Assembly (NCBI GenBank): GCA_040754455.1
Contig: JBFMCP010000019.1
Span: 6,385 to 60,635, forward strand
Source: Nitrospirota bacterium
GTDB lineage: Bacteria > Nitrospirota > Thermodesulfovibrionia > Thermodesulfovibrionales > Dissulfurispiraceae
DNA: 54,251 nucleotides
Direction: 5' to 3'
Positions 1 through 9,053 of this stretch are shown here, one piece after another (within the stretch, counting starts at the first letter, position 1; every line of letters begins with the position of its first letter). Below the pieces are notes generated by a model. That model was given only the letters and a program-made list of their open reading frames with translations, made no database searches and had not been told where the DNA came from. Position numbers and translations under genes: made by a program.

Positions 1-825
1 CACGGTATCGAGCTGCGTATTGCCGCCTTCCAGGTCGGCGCCGCCCCGCATTGAGCCGTTCATCATTGAGCTGTCCTGCTGCATCATGGAATCGCTCGGC
101 TGCTGCTGGAGGCTCGTGTCACCCCGTGTGGCCCCGGGTGCCATAGGGGCGTGCTCGGCAGTGGCGCTGCTGAAGCCTTCCCAGAACCCCGATCGGTAGC
201 CCTCTCGGTAGTCGTTGCTTACCGGGCTGGGAGCTGCTGCTCCTCTCATGCTCATATCGCCTCTCGCGGCGCCCCTGGTACCATGCTGAATATCGGCGCT
301 CTTGAAGCCGTCCGTGAACCCGTCTTTGTAGCCGGACTGATAGGCCTGTTTGATCGGATCAGTTGTGGCAGGAGCCGGCTGCATCATCATGGAGTCGGCT
401 CTTGCACCGGTGCCACGTTGCATGGTTCCGGTCGTCGCATCAGTGGGGGCAGCCGTCCCTCTCATGGTGCTGGTGTCAGTAGTGGTAGTGTCGGCAGGTG
501 CATTAAAGGGAGGGATATTACCTCTTCCTGTGCCGGCGGGAAATCCCGGTGCGCTTCCGTACCCTTCGCTCCCTACTACGGATCCGGTGCCCCGTGCGGT
601 CCCTTGTGACTCAACAGCCGGTGTTTCAGCAGGCACCTGGTGCTCGATAGTACCGCCTGCCTCGCCTCGCGTTCCGTAACTCTCGATGTTCTGTCGTGTG
701 CTGCTGTCCGTAGCTCCCATGGAGCCGGAAGTTTCCCAGGAATAAACGTAGGTTGCGAGGGTTGGTATTAAGGTGATGAGCGATGCAATTGCGATAAGCG
801 CAAATAGACGCTTTAATCCCTTCAT
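1..825 (-). CDS. Secreted low-complexity (Gly/Thr/Ala/Met-rich) hypothetical protein, 3' end beyond window
   Basis: Hand-translated and not in the ORF track. ATG at 825 follows AAAGGAGG. MKGLKRLFALIAIASLITLIPTLATYVYS is signal-peptide-like, and the frame is open for 275 codons to the window edge. Confidence 0.85.
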   Translation of the reverse strand, partial: MKGLKRLFALIAIASLITLIPTLATYVYSWETSGSMGATDSSTRQNIESYGTRGEAGGTIEHQVPAETPAVESQGTARGTGSVVGSEGYGSAPGFPAGTGRGNIPPFNAPADTTTTDTSTMRGTAAPTDATTGTMQRGTGARADSMMMQPAPATTDPIKQAYQSGYKDGFTDGFKSADIQHGTRGAARGDMSMRGAAAPSPVSNDYREGYRSGFWEGFSSATAEHAPMAPGATRGDTSLQQQPSDSMMQQDSSMMNGSMRGGADLEGGNTQLDTV

Positions 826-860
826 ATTTTTCCTCCTTTCGAGAATTTTTTTATGAGTTT

Positions 861-876
861 TGCAACTTGTATGCCA
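861..876 (-). promoter_or_regulatory. sigma54 (-24/-12) promoter
   Basis: Minus strand reads TGGCAT-ACAAG-TTGCA with exact GG/GC spacing, 35 nt upstream of the ATG at 825. Confidence 0.7.
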
Positions 877-1285
877 GAAGTGACCATAGAGAGCACTGCG
901 GCAAGGGGAAAGGCGGCAGAGAGCAGTCTGTATTTTATCCCTCTTTTTTTGTCGCCGGCGTTTTTGATGCCGATGATTTTAAGAAAGGAATGTCCCCGTG
1001 AGGTAAATAGATCGATGGGACATGGCACAGAGCTGTACTGTCACACCCATGTGCCATGCGTCAGTAGTTAAGGTGGAGCGGTGCCGGCTTCCGCCAGTTG
1101 TGTTGTTGTGATGTGGGCATAAGTCCTCTATAAATAGATTATTTCCCTCATCATACCGCCGTCGGCAACACGTGCGCACCGGTGATAAAAGAGCCTTTCA
1201 ATAACTATATGTCATTTTGCGATGGGAATTAACTGCTTCGCGCGGGAGATGTGTGATCACGTGAAAATTTCGTTATAATTGTTGT

Positions 1286-1768
1286 ATGAAACGGTTTTTG
1301 CTGCTCCTCATAGCGGTCTCCCTCTTCGGATGTGCCCATGTAGTATCCCAGGGCATGAGGGACAGGGCGAGAGAGGTGCCGCCTCAGGCACTCTTCAGCA
1401 ATCCCGATGCCTATAAGGGGCAGACGGTTATTCTCGGGGGGACTATTATCGGAGCGAGCAATGCCAAAGAGGGGACCTATATTGAAGTCATCCAAAAACC
1501 GCTGGACTCTCGCGGCAGACCGCAGGATACGGATGCCTCCTTCGGCAGGTTCCTGATCTTTCATGAAGGGTATCTCGACACAACGATCTACTCAAGGGGA
1601 AGGGCGGTCACGGTGGCAGGAGAGATTATGGGAACGAGGGTCCGCTCTATCGATGATCTCCCGTATTCCTATCCCCTCATCAGGAGCAGAGAGCTCCATC
1701 TAGCCGAGACGGGCCGTCGTTCTGTTCCCGTCTCGATCGGCATCGGAATCGGGATATTTTCCAACTGA
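1286..1768 (+). CDS. Slp family outer-membrane lipoprotein
   Basis: Lipobox LFGC; motifs LGGTII, IEVIQKPLD, GRF, GRAVTVAGEI and YPLI are typical of Slp/YeaY. Confidence 0.85.
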   Translation: MKRFLLLLIAVSLFGCAHVVSQGMRDRAREVPPQALFSNPDAYKGQTVILGGTIIGASNAKEGTYIEVIQKPLDSRGRPQDTDASFGRFLIFHEGYLDTTIYSRGRAVTVAGEIMGTRVRSIDDLPYSYPLIRSRELHLAETGRRSVPVSIGIGIGIFSN

Positions 1769-2803
1769 TCATGTGCCGGAATAATCGGTGCAGATCATCT
1801 CTGCAGTTGCAGTGTACACCTTTTCAACGGAAATTCCCCTCAGACAAAACAGTCCGCATTCGGGGAAGCTGCGCGCTGTATCTCCATCACTCCCTCGCGG
1901 CTCGCACGGCGCACATTCGCAGTCAGGGTGAACGATGGCGATGTCCTTGCGGTAGGGCTTCCAGAGCACTGGATCGGTGGGGCCGAAGAGGGCGACAACA
2001 TTTTTGCTCACCATGCCCGCCAGATGGGTAATGCCCGAATCGTTCCCAATGTAGACGGTGGACATGCGTAACAGTGCTGCAACGACAGCCAAATCTTCGT
2101 TGCGGTAATGTACGATATTGGTACGGTGTTCCGAAAAGCTCCTGAGCACTGTTATCAACCCTTCGTCTTCTGCAGGCCCTGAGAGTATCACGAAAAAAAG
2201 GTCGTGCGCTTCCCCGAGCCGTTCAACAAGACGGAGATAATGCTCAGCCGGCCAGCATTTGCGTCTCCCTCCGCTGCCGGGATGCAGGACGACAAGCGGC
2301 CTTTCCCCTTCCCGATACCCCGCCTCAAGGAGAAGTCTCCGGGCCTTTTCTTTATAGGGCAGGGGGATTTTGAAGGTGACCGGCGAAACGCTGCCTCCGG
2401 AAAGCTGCTGCGCGCGAAACTCGGCTATGTGTGTGCGTGCCCCGGCGGGGGGAATGGTGATGACTGTTTGCGTATCGGGGATGATGCTCCTCACCTGCGC
2501 TGCGAGCAGAGCATCCTCTCCTTTTGTAAAAACGAAGGCCCTTGTAAACCCCGACAGGAATGTCCTTGCCCGATCATCCATCTTCTCCGTATAGAACAAC
2601 GAAAGGAGCATGCTCCCGCTGTCGGATGCTTCATCGACATGCCCGACGGCTTTTAAAAAGTGGACCACATCGGGCCGTCCCGAAAGGTGAATGATGCCGG
2701 CGTGCTCCCGTATTATTTCCAATGCGGGAAGAGAGAGGAGCACATCGCCCAGCGCGCCGTTGTGGTGAATGAATATTTTCTGCTCTGCCTGTCCAGTGTT
2801 CAT
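1769..2803 (-). CDS. Glycosyltransferase family 9 (ADP-heptose:LPS heptosyltransferase-like)
   Basis: GALGDVLL, HPGSG...KCWP, GNDSGITHLA and LFGPTDP motifs. Start placed at MNTGQ (2803) because the longer ORF overlaps lexA. Confidence 0.85.
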   Translation of the reverse strand: MNTGQAEQKIFIHHNGALGDVLLSLPALEIIREHAGIIHLSGRPDVVHFLKAVGHVDEASDSGSMLLSLFYTEKMDDRARTFLSGFTRAFVFTKGEDALLAAQVRSIIPDTQTVITIPPAGARTHIAEFRAQQLSGGSVSPVTFKIPLPYKEKARRLLLEAGYREGERPLVVLHPGSGGRRKCWPAEHYLRLVERLGEAHDLFFVILSGPAEDEGLITVLRSFSEHRTNIVHYRNEDLAVVAALLRMSTVYIGNDSGITHLAGMVSKNVVALFGPTDPVLWKPYRKDIAIVHPDCECAPCEPRGSDGDTARSFPECGLFCLRGISVEKVYTATAEMICTDYSGT

Positions 2804-2863
2804 CAGTAGTGCCTCGCATGGTTCATATTGTAAGCCCTTTCTGCAGGGGCCTGCAAATTCTTC

Positions 2864-2900
2864 TTGACAGGTCCCGTTCTTTTGGTATACAAATGTATAC
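2864..2900 (+). promoter_or_regulatory. lexA promoter with candidate LexA operator GTATAC-AAAT-GTATAC
   Basis: TTGACA at 2864-2869. The palindrome at 2885-2900 overlaps the -10 region and abuts the ATG. Confidence 0.65.
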
Positions 2901-3500
2901 ATGAAAGAATTGACGGCAAAACAGCAGAAGGTGCTGGAGTACCTTACCGGGTACACCAAAAAGCACGGATATCCGCCTACCATCAGGGAAATCGGAGAGC
3001 ATTTCGGGTTCCTCTGGGCTGCAGCGCGGGGGCATCTCCGTTCACTCGAAAAAAAAGGCGTCATAAAAATAAACCCTTCCACATCCCGGGGCATAGAGAT
3101 CGTAGGGTTGCGGCCGAAGGAAGGCGTCATGCTGCCCGTGGCAGGAACAATCCGCGCCGGACGGCCCATACTGGCGAATGAGAGCATCGATGCGCACATC
3201 CTTGTCGATAAATCACTGTTCCCGTCCGAGGAGTCGTTTTCGCTGCGGGTAATCGGCGACAGCATGGTCGATGCGGGCATACTCGACGGCGATTACGTTA
3301 TCGTGAAGCAGCAGCGCAGCATCGAGAATGGTGAAATAGGAGTCGCGCTCGTCGGCGACGAGGCGACGGTCAAGAGAATTTTCAGGGACAAGAAAAAGGT
3401 CACCCTGAAGCCTGAGAACAGAGATATGCACCCGGTCAGCTATGATCCGGAGGACGTGAGCATTATAGGAAAGGTCGTCGGAGTCATCAGGAAATTATAA
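2901..3500 (+). CDS. lexA: SOS transcriptional repressor LexA
   Basis: N-terminal wHTH (GYPPTIREIG), Ala-Gly cleavage site (IRAG), catalytic Ser (GDSM) and Lys (ATVK). Confidence 0.96.
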   Translation: MKELTAKQQKVLEYLTGYTKKHGYPPTIREIGEHFGFLWAAARGHLRSLEKKGVIKINPSTSRGIEIVGLRPKEGVMLPVAGTIRAGRPILANESIDAHILVDKSLFPSEESFSLRVIGDSMVDAGILDGDYVIVKQQRSIENGEIGVALVGDEATVKRIFRDKKKVTLKPENRDMHPVSYDPEDVSIIGKVVGVIRKL

Positions 3501-3739
3501 TGCATACCGGCGAACCCATAAGCGTCGTCGTCTCCTTCGGTATGCCCTACCGTATACGACCGGTCAGGTTCAAATGGGCGGGAAGGCTCTTCGACATTAA
3601 AGAGGTCACCTATATGTGGACGACGAAGGAAGGCCGGAAAGATGTCTATCATTTCTCTGTTACTGACGGCAGAACACTCTATGAACTGACCTTCGATACC
3701 GATTCGTTGCTCTGGAAGATCGAGAACCTCGAAGCATAA
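3500..3739 (+). CDS. Small beta-rich protein, ImuB C-terminal-like / DUF6504-like
   Basis: Start overlaps the lexA stop (TAATG). The pattern P..F.W.GR...I..V...W...Y.F.V..G...YEL..D...W resembles the ImuB C-terminal domain. Confidence 0.7.
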   Translation: MHTGEPISVVVSFGMPYRIRPVRFKWAGRLFDIKEVTYMWTTKEGRKDVYHFSVTDGRTLYELTFDTDSLLWKIENLEA

Positions 3740-3847
3740 ACGTAGTGGGGGGTCTGTGGGAGCACTACAGCCAGGACAGAGACACGCGCACGACCTCAGC
3801 TCCTATTTTCGCCTCGAGCAAAAGCAGGGTGAGTAGCCGCACCTCTT

Positions 3848-5068
3848 ATGACCAACACCATTCTCTGTATCGATATGGACGCCTTTTTCGCTTCGGTGGA
3901 GCAGCGGTCCAACCCGAAGCTCAGGGGCAAGCCGGTCGCCGTGGTCGGCCCGGGTGCGCGGACCGTGGTAGTCACCCGCTCTTATGAAGCGAGGAGCTAC
4001 GGCGTAAAGACGGGGATGACCGTTCACGAGGCGAAGAAGGCGTGTCCCCCTCTTGTTCTCGTGGTTGGCAACAATGAAAAGTATACCTACACCTGCAAGA
4101 TGCTCCAGGAGATATATTACCGTTATACTCCCGACGTTGAAATCTATTCGATCGACGAGGCGTTCCTCGATGTCACGACCACCCACCACCTCTTCGGTGG
4201 GCCCGAAGCGATCGGTGCTGCAATCAAAAGAGAGATTAAGAAGAAGTTCGGCATAAACTGCACGGTGGGCATCGCACCCAATGTCCTCATCGCAAAACTC
4301 GCCAGCGATATCGCGAAGCCCGACGGCCTCAAATGGATACCTCCCGAAGGAGTGGGCGCTGTTCTGGAGCACCTTCCGGTAAAAGAGTTGTGGGGCATCG
4401 GCACAGCGACTGCCGATAAACTCGCAGCGCTGGGTATAAAGACCTGCGGCGAGCTCGGCAGGGCGCCTGCGGGCCTCCTGCGGAATACCTTCGGCATTAT
4501 TGGCGAGACGCTCAAGGCAATGGGGAGGGGTATCTGCAACAGGCCCCTTGCCGTACAGGAGGCGGACCCGAAGTCGATCGGCCACAGTATGACGCTCGAT
4601 CGGGACATTGCGGACCGGAAGGAGATCGAGGCATATCTACTGCAGCTCAGCGAGATGGTAGGCAGGAGGGCGCGGAGGTATGGATACCGCGGCAGAAGAG
4701 TATCCCTTACCCTGCGCTATCCTGACTTCGAGACCTTCACCAAACAGACGACGCTCTCGTACCACACCAACGACACCCGTGAGATATATCGATCTGTGCT
4801 TGCTGTCCTCAACAGCGTCAGATTGAGGGACAGGATACGGCTGCTCGGTGTCTGCATCGCGCAGCTCACCGGAGGCGATAACCAACAGCTCTGCTTGATC
4901 GGGGATGAACGAAAACGCAGGGCGTTGCTGTATGCGATGGATGCGATCAACGACAAATACGGTGATTTCAAGATTGTCCATGCCTCGTATCTCAAGCAGC
5001 TCGATCCGCCCGATGTCATTTCGCCGGCATGGCGGCCTTCGGGCATTAGACGGGTGAATATCAAATAA
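3848..5068 (+). CDS. dinB: Y-family DNA polymerase (DinB/PolY-like) with C-terminal clamp-binding and RecA-NT-like motifs
   Basis: Catalytic motifs CIDMDAFFASVE, SYEAR and SIDEAFLD; KPDG; little-finger KSIG; tail QLCLI...ALLYAMDAINDKYG. Confidence 0.93.
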   Translation: MTNTILCIDMDAFFASVEQRSNPKLRGKPVAVVGPGARTVVVTRSYEARSYGVKTGMTVHEAKKACPPLVLVVGNNEKYTYTCKMLQEIYYRYTPDVEIYSIDEAFLDVTTTHHLFGGPEAIGAAIKREIKKKFGINCTVGIAPNVLIAKLASDIAKPDGLKWIPPEGVGAVLEHLPVKELWGIGTATADKLAALGIKTCGELGRAPAGLLRNTFGIIGETLKAMGRGICNRPLAVQEADPKSIGHSMTLDRDIADRKEIEAYLLQLSEMVGRRARRYGYRGRRVSLTLRYPDFETFTKQTTLSYHTNDTREIYRSVLAVLNSVRLRDRIRLLGVCIAQLTGGDNQQLCLIGDERKRRALLYAMDAINDKYGDFKIVHASYLKQLDPPDVISPAWRPSGIRRVNIK

Positions 5069-5154
5069 CACAACTGACCGAAGCCAGTGGTGTGTCGTGC
5101 TCTGTGGTGATATAATGAGCATAGAACAGACCGGTTCGTCCCAGGAGGGTTCCT

Positions 5155-5532
5155 ATGAAACACTGCTTTATTGTTCTGTCAATGCTTCTGTTAGCATTCA
5201 CTCTCACCGGGTGCAACTCCCTGATGAAGAGAGATCGGATGCAGACAGTCACTATCGAGACCGTCGTCCATCCCCATGAGGAGTGTATGGAGATGACACC
5301 GGGAGATATGCTTTCCTATTCATTTACGGCCTCGGGACCTTTTGACTTCAATATCCATTATCACGAAGGGAAGGATATCTTCTATCCTGTTTCACAAAAG
5401 GCCGTCTCCAGCGGAGAGGGCTCCTACACGGCGGAGAGAGCGCATATCTATTGTCTGATGTGGACCAATACCCGGCAGGAGCCGCTCTCTCTTACCTATA
5501 CCTTCAGAGTTGACAAGCCTGAGAGAAAGTAG
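5155..5532 (+). CDS. Hypothetical lipoprotein
   Basis: SD GGAGG, lipobox LTGC, beta-rich mature domain. Confidence 0.75.
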   Translation: MKHCFIVLSMLLLAFTLTGCNSLMKRDRMQTVTIETVVHPHEECMEMTPGDMLSYSFTASGPFDFNIHYHEGKDIFYPVSQKAVSSGEGSYTAERAHIYCLMWTNTRQEPLSLTYTFRVDKPERK

Positions 5533-5689
5533 AATACATGGCATGTTGTGCCCAGAATTACCTTCAATCTGCCATCGGGAAGTAGTGAGGTGACGCATGC
5601 GGTTCTCGCAAATATACGCCTCCCGCCTGCCTGGACATAGAAGCCGTGTACTGCATGTTTATCGTTCAAGGCTGCGGATGGCTCTCATA

Positions 5690-6238
5690 TTACGGCACTG
5701 AAGGACGGGGACGGTCTCTCCAGAAGGGATCACTCAGCGAAGCCGGACCCTGTAGCGCCTCGATCGGCGGAAGAGGGGCATAGGAGATCGGGGCTTTTCC
5801 CCACAAATGGATATCTTTTATTTCGAAGAGGGGATGGATGTATTCCACTTCTCCCCGTGTCCGGGGCTCCAGCTCTATAAATTCTCCGGCAATGGTTACT
5901 CTTTCTCCTTTGCTATACCTTTCCGGCGACAATATCCCTTGCTTCCGGGAAAGAAACGCAATGAACCGACCCGGCACCCGCTCCGAATCCTGAAGGCGGC
6001 CTTCGGCATCAACGGGAATATAGGCGGCCTCGATCATTGTGCCTTCATCGGTAATTTGCGTATCGATGATCCTCCCGCCGAGGATGAAGAGCCTTCCCCT
6101 GAACGCATCAGGGTTGTTGAAGACCTCGGGGAAGGAGAAGTCTGTTGACCCTCTGTCGAGATACTCCTGTTTGAGAACCGGCGCACACGAGGCAAGGACC
6201 AGGAGCATGAGCGCTATGAGCAGCATTCGAGGGTACAT
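5690..6238 (-). CDS. Slp family outer-membrane lipoprotein (second paralog)
   Basis: Lipobox LASC; LGGRII, GRF, GERVTIAGE and HLW motifs; similar to 1286-1768. Confidence 0.85.
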   Translation of the reverse strand: MYPRMLLIALMLLVLASCAPVLKQEYLDRGSTDFSFPEVFNNPDAFRGRLFILGGRIIDTQITDEGTMIEAAYIPVDAEGRLQDSERVPGRFIAFLSRKQGILSPERYSKGERVTIAGEFIELEPRTRGEVEYIHPLFEIKDIHLWGKAPISYAPLPPIEALQGPASLSDPFWRDRPRPSVP

Positions 6239-6421
6239 ACTTATCTTTTACTCTCTGTTTGCTCCGTTGTCAAGCTCTTTGTACCTTCATGCGCCGCTTT
6301 GTTGTTCTTGACTGTAAGTAGAATGCCTGCTAAGTGATAAGTAAACGGAGATAAATGCGCACTAGCGAAAGAACGGCAGCTTCGAAAGCTGCATCAACGA
6401 GAGGAGTAAAGGAGGAATATC

Positions 6422-7210
6422 ATGGAGGAGCCGAAAGCACCTGTGCTTCAGACCGAAGCTCAACGAGGGGGCATGCTGATGAGTGCTGCGTCGTTATACG
6501 GCTACAATATCCGCGCAACCGACGGCGAAATAGGCAAGGTACATGAGTTCTATTTCGATGATGAGAGCTGGGCGATCCGGTATTTCGTCATCGATACCGG
6601 CACGTGGCTCAGGGACCGCAAAGTCCTCATCTCTCCCGTTACTATCGGGAAACCTGATTACCCAAAAAAGGTGTTCCCGGTGACGATCTCAAAAGAGCAG
6701 ATGCGGAACAGCCCCGAAGCTGATGAGAGAAAGCCGGTCTCGCGCCAGCACGAGATGGACCTTGCCGCGTACTACGGGTGGCCTATGCACTGGACCTACG
6801 GCGGCTTTTATAACATCGCACCGCCGCCTCCTGGCTATGAGACGGAGCGGGAGCTGAAATATGAGGAGGAAGAGAACGACCCCCACCTCAGGAGCACACG
6901 GGAGGTGGCCGGCTATCATATCCAGGCGGCTGATGGTGAGATCGGGCATGTGGACGATTTTATCGTGGATGACGGTAACTGGTCTATCCGCTATGTCGTG
7001 GTCGACACCCGCAACTGGCTCCCGGGCAGGAAGGTCCTGCTGGCGCCGCAATGGATCAGTGAGATCAGCTGGGATGAGCGAAAGGTCTATACGGACCTTT
7101 TGATGGAGGAGATAAAGAATAGCCCGGAATTCGATCCCTCTGCACCGGTGAGCAAGGAGTATGAGGAGCGGCTCTATGATTACTACGGCAGGTCGAAATA
7201 CTGGGAATAG
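6422..7210 (+). CDS. Tandem PRC-barrel domain protein
   Basis: Two repeats of GY.I.A.DGEIG.V..F..DD..W.IRY.V.DT..WL..RKVL; SD AAGGAGG. Confidence 0.88.
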   Translation: MEEPKAPVLQTEAQRGGMLMSAASLYGYNIRATDGEIGKVHEFYFDDESWAIRYFVIDTGTWLRDRKVLISPVTIGKPDYPKKVFPVTISKEQMRNSPEADERKPVSRQHEMDLAAYYGWPMHWTYGGFYNIAPPPPGYETERELKYEEEENDPHLRSTREVAGYHIQAADGEIGHVDDFIVDDGNWSIRYVVVDTRNWLPGRKVLLAPQWISEISWDERKVYTDLLMEEIKNSPEFDPSAPVSKEYEERLYDYYGRSKYWE

Positions 7211-7460
7211 ACCGCGGCAGGGTCGTTTTCGTGTTGTCCTGCTGCGGGAATGGTGTGCGCCGGCCGTATCTTCCAACATGCGAGGGAATGTCTGGACAAC
7301 ATATCCGGTTAACGCACCCCGACGAGGACTTTTTTCGATTTAGAATTTGAGCCCTTATCGGAAAAGAGGTAAGATGCGATTAGAAACGGAGGGGAGGAGG
7401 ATCAGGGCCCTCCGAAGCGGCGGGCTTATACAGGCCCATTCTGATAAGGAGGAGAAAGCT

Positions 7461-8006
7461 ATGACGCCGACGGAATCATTGAAACACGAGCATCTGATCA
7501 TTCTCATGGTCCTGGGTGCAGCAGAGCAGGAGGTGCGGTTGAGCCGGGACTCGGGGAAGGTGGATGCGGAGAGAATCAGCCGGATGCTCGACTTTTTCAG
7601 GGAGTTTGCCGATGCATGTCATCATGCAAAAGAGGAGAAGCACCTCTTTGCCATGATGCACCAGCGGGGAGTGCCTGAGGACACCGGCCCCATCGCGGTG
7701 ATGCTGCGGGAGCATGATGAGGGGCGCAGGCGATTGAGGGCCATTGCCGAAGCGCTCCCTCAGGCAGCGGACGGCGTATCGCCGGCAGTCGAGGCGGTGC
7801 AGGAAAATCTGGCAGCCTATATTGAAATGCTGCAGAATCATATCGATAAGGAAGACAATATCCTTTACCCCTATGCCGATCAACTCCTTACCGCTGAGGA
7901 CCAGCAGGCATTATCCGAATCCTTCGAGAAGATCGAGGCCGAGGAAATCGGAGAGGGTGTCCATGAGAAGTACCACCAGCTCGCCCATGCCCTTGCGAGC
8001 CACTAG
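7461..8006 (+). CDS. Hemerythrin-like (HHE cation-binding) domain protein
   Basis: HEH, HHAKEE, EHDEGR and HIDKED motifs; SD AAGGAGG before ATG 7461. Confidence 0.88.
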   Translation: MTPTESLKHEHLIILMVLGAAEQEVRLSRDSGKVDAERISRMLDFFREFADACHHAKEEKHLFAMMHQRGVPEDTGPIAVMLREHDEGRRRLRAIAEALPQAADGVSPAVEAVQENLAAYIEMLQNHIDKEDNILYPYADQLLTAEDQQALSESFEKIEAEEIGEGVHEKYHQLAHALASH

Positions 8007-8115
8007 CCTGTCGTTACCATCCCTTGATTTATTGACAGCCCTCTTGATGTCTGCTAGGTTCTACTTAAGAGAGAGGGATGAAATGTAGTGAAGTATCGTC
8101 GGAAGGAGGTGTCCC

Positions 8116-8571
8116 ATGCTGGTGAAAAAAACGTTTGCGGCCGGAATGTCCTGTTTCCTTGTGGTGGCGGTTTTGATCTCTTTCACCCACGCTGCGGTGC
8201 AAAAGAGTATCGGCCTGCTGCCTACCCCTGATGCGGCAGCTGCCCAGGGTACGGCGCTCATCAAAGAGCCGGATTTCAGCATTCGCGGCGCCGAGGAGCA
8301 GAAGGAGCTTGTCCTGAACGTCTCAGGACTTGAGCAGAACGCTGTTTATTCGGTCTGGCTTGTCAATGAACGTCCGAAGATGGACATGGTACGGGTAGGG
8401 TACGGCGATGCCTCGTTCAGGACTGATGCTACAGGTTCAGGAAGATTTACTGCAATTCTCCCTGCTTCGGAATTAAAAAAATGGAACATGATCCAGGTCG
8501 CCCATCATCCTGACGGGAATCCTAAAAACACCGATACCATGAAAATGGCGCTCAAGGCGTACATCGATTGA
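8116..8571 (+). CDS. Hypothetical secreted protein
   Basis: SD AAGGAGG, signal peptide ending in THA-A, beta-rich domain (GL...VYSVWLV). Confidence 0.75.
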   Translation: MLVKKTFAAGMSCFLVVAVLISFTHAAVQKSIGLLPTPDAAAAQGTALIKEPDFSIRGAEEQKELVLNVSGLEQNAVYSVWLVNERPKMDMVRVGYGDASFRTDATGSGRFTAILPASELKKWNMIQVAHHPDGNPKNTDTMKMALKAYID

Positions 8572-8589
8572 TATCCGGTCTTACGTTGT

Positions 8590-8613
8590 CAGGCAAGGGG
8601 ACCCCCCCTGCCT
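8590..8613. terminator. Hairpin between convergent genes
   Basis: CAGGCA-AGGGG...CCCC-TGCCTG inverted repeat. Confidence 0.5.
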
Positions 8614-8651
8614 GTTATTGTTCGTCCCGGAGAGGATGAAAAGGGAGCTGA

Positions 8652-9053
8652 TCAGCAGGATTGCCTCTCGAGCGGCGGCATCTCTTCCTTCAGCTTCTGA
8701 ACGATAGGAATATCCGCCGGTGCGAAGTCATACCGGTCGATTTCATTGAGAGGGACCCATCTGATTTCATCATGTACGTTGAGAATGAACTCACCGCTTA
8801 TGTGCCGCACTATAAATGCCAGCAGCCGTATGCGGTCATACCTGCTCTCGGCAAAGAAGCGCTCAATGGTCGTTTGAATGGAAAGCTCTTCGAAGAGCTC
8901 TCTTTTGAGACACTCCTCCGGGTTCTCGTCGGGCTCCATTTTGCCGCCGGGGAACTCCCATTTGCCCTCGAGGTGCCTTCCCTTTTTCCTCTTCGCAATG
9001 AGAATGTTCCCATCCTTTTCGAGGATTGCGGCAGTGACGTTGATTGTCTCCAT
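8652..9053 (-). CDS. mutT: NUDIX hydrolase, MutT/NudG-like (d)NTP pyrophosphohydrolase
   Basis: WEFPGGK.E..E.PEECLKRELFEE Nudix box; start overlaps the upstream stop (TGATG). Confidence 0.85.
   Translation of the reverse strand: METINVTAAILEKDGNILIAKRKKGRHLEGKWEFPGGKMEPDENPEECLKRELFEELSIQTTIERFFAESRYDRIRLLAFIVRHISGEFILNVHDEIRWVPLNEIDRYDFAPADIPIVQKLKEEMPPLERQSC

Noticed and set aside
151..679. Plus-strand ORFs of 152 and 109 aa
   Set aside because: Antisense shadows of the minus-strand secreted protein (1-825), which has the SD, signal peptide and promoter.
2804..3280. N-terminal 158 aa of the 503-aa GT9 ORF
   Set aside because: Overlaps lexA and its promoter on the opposite strand; GT9 similarity starts at about 2803.
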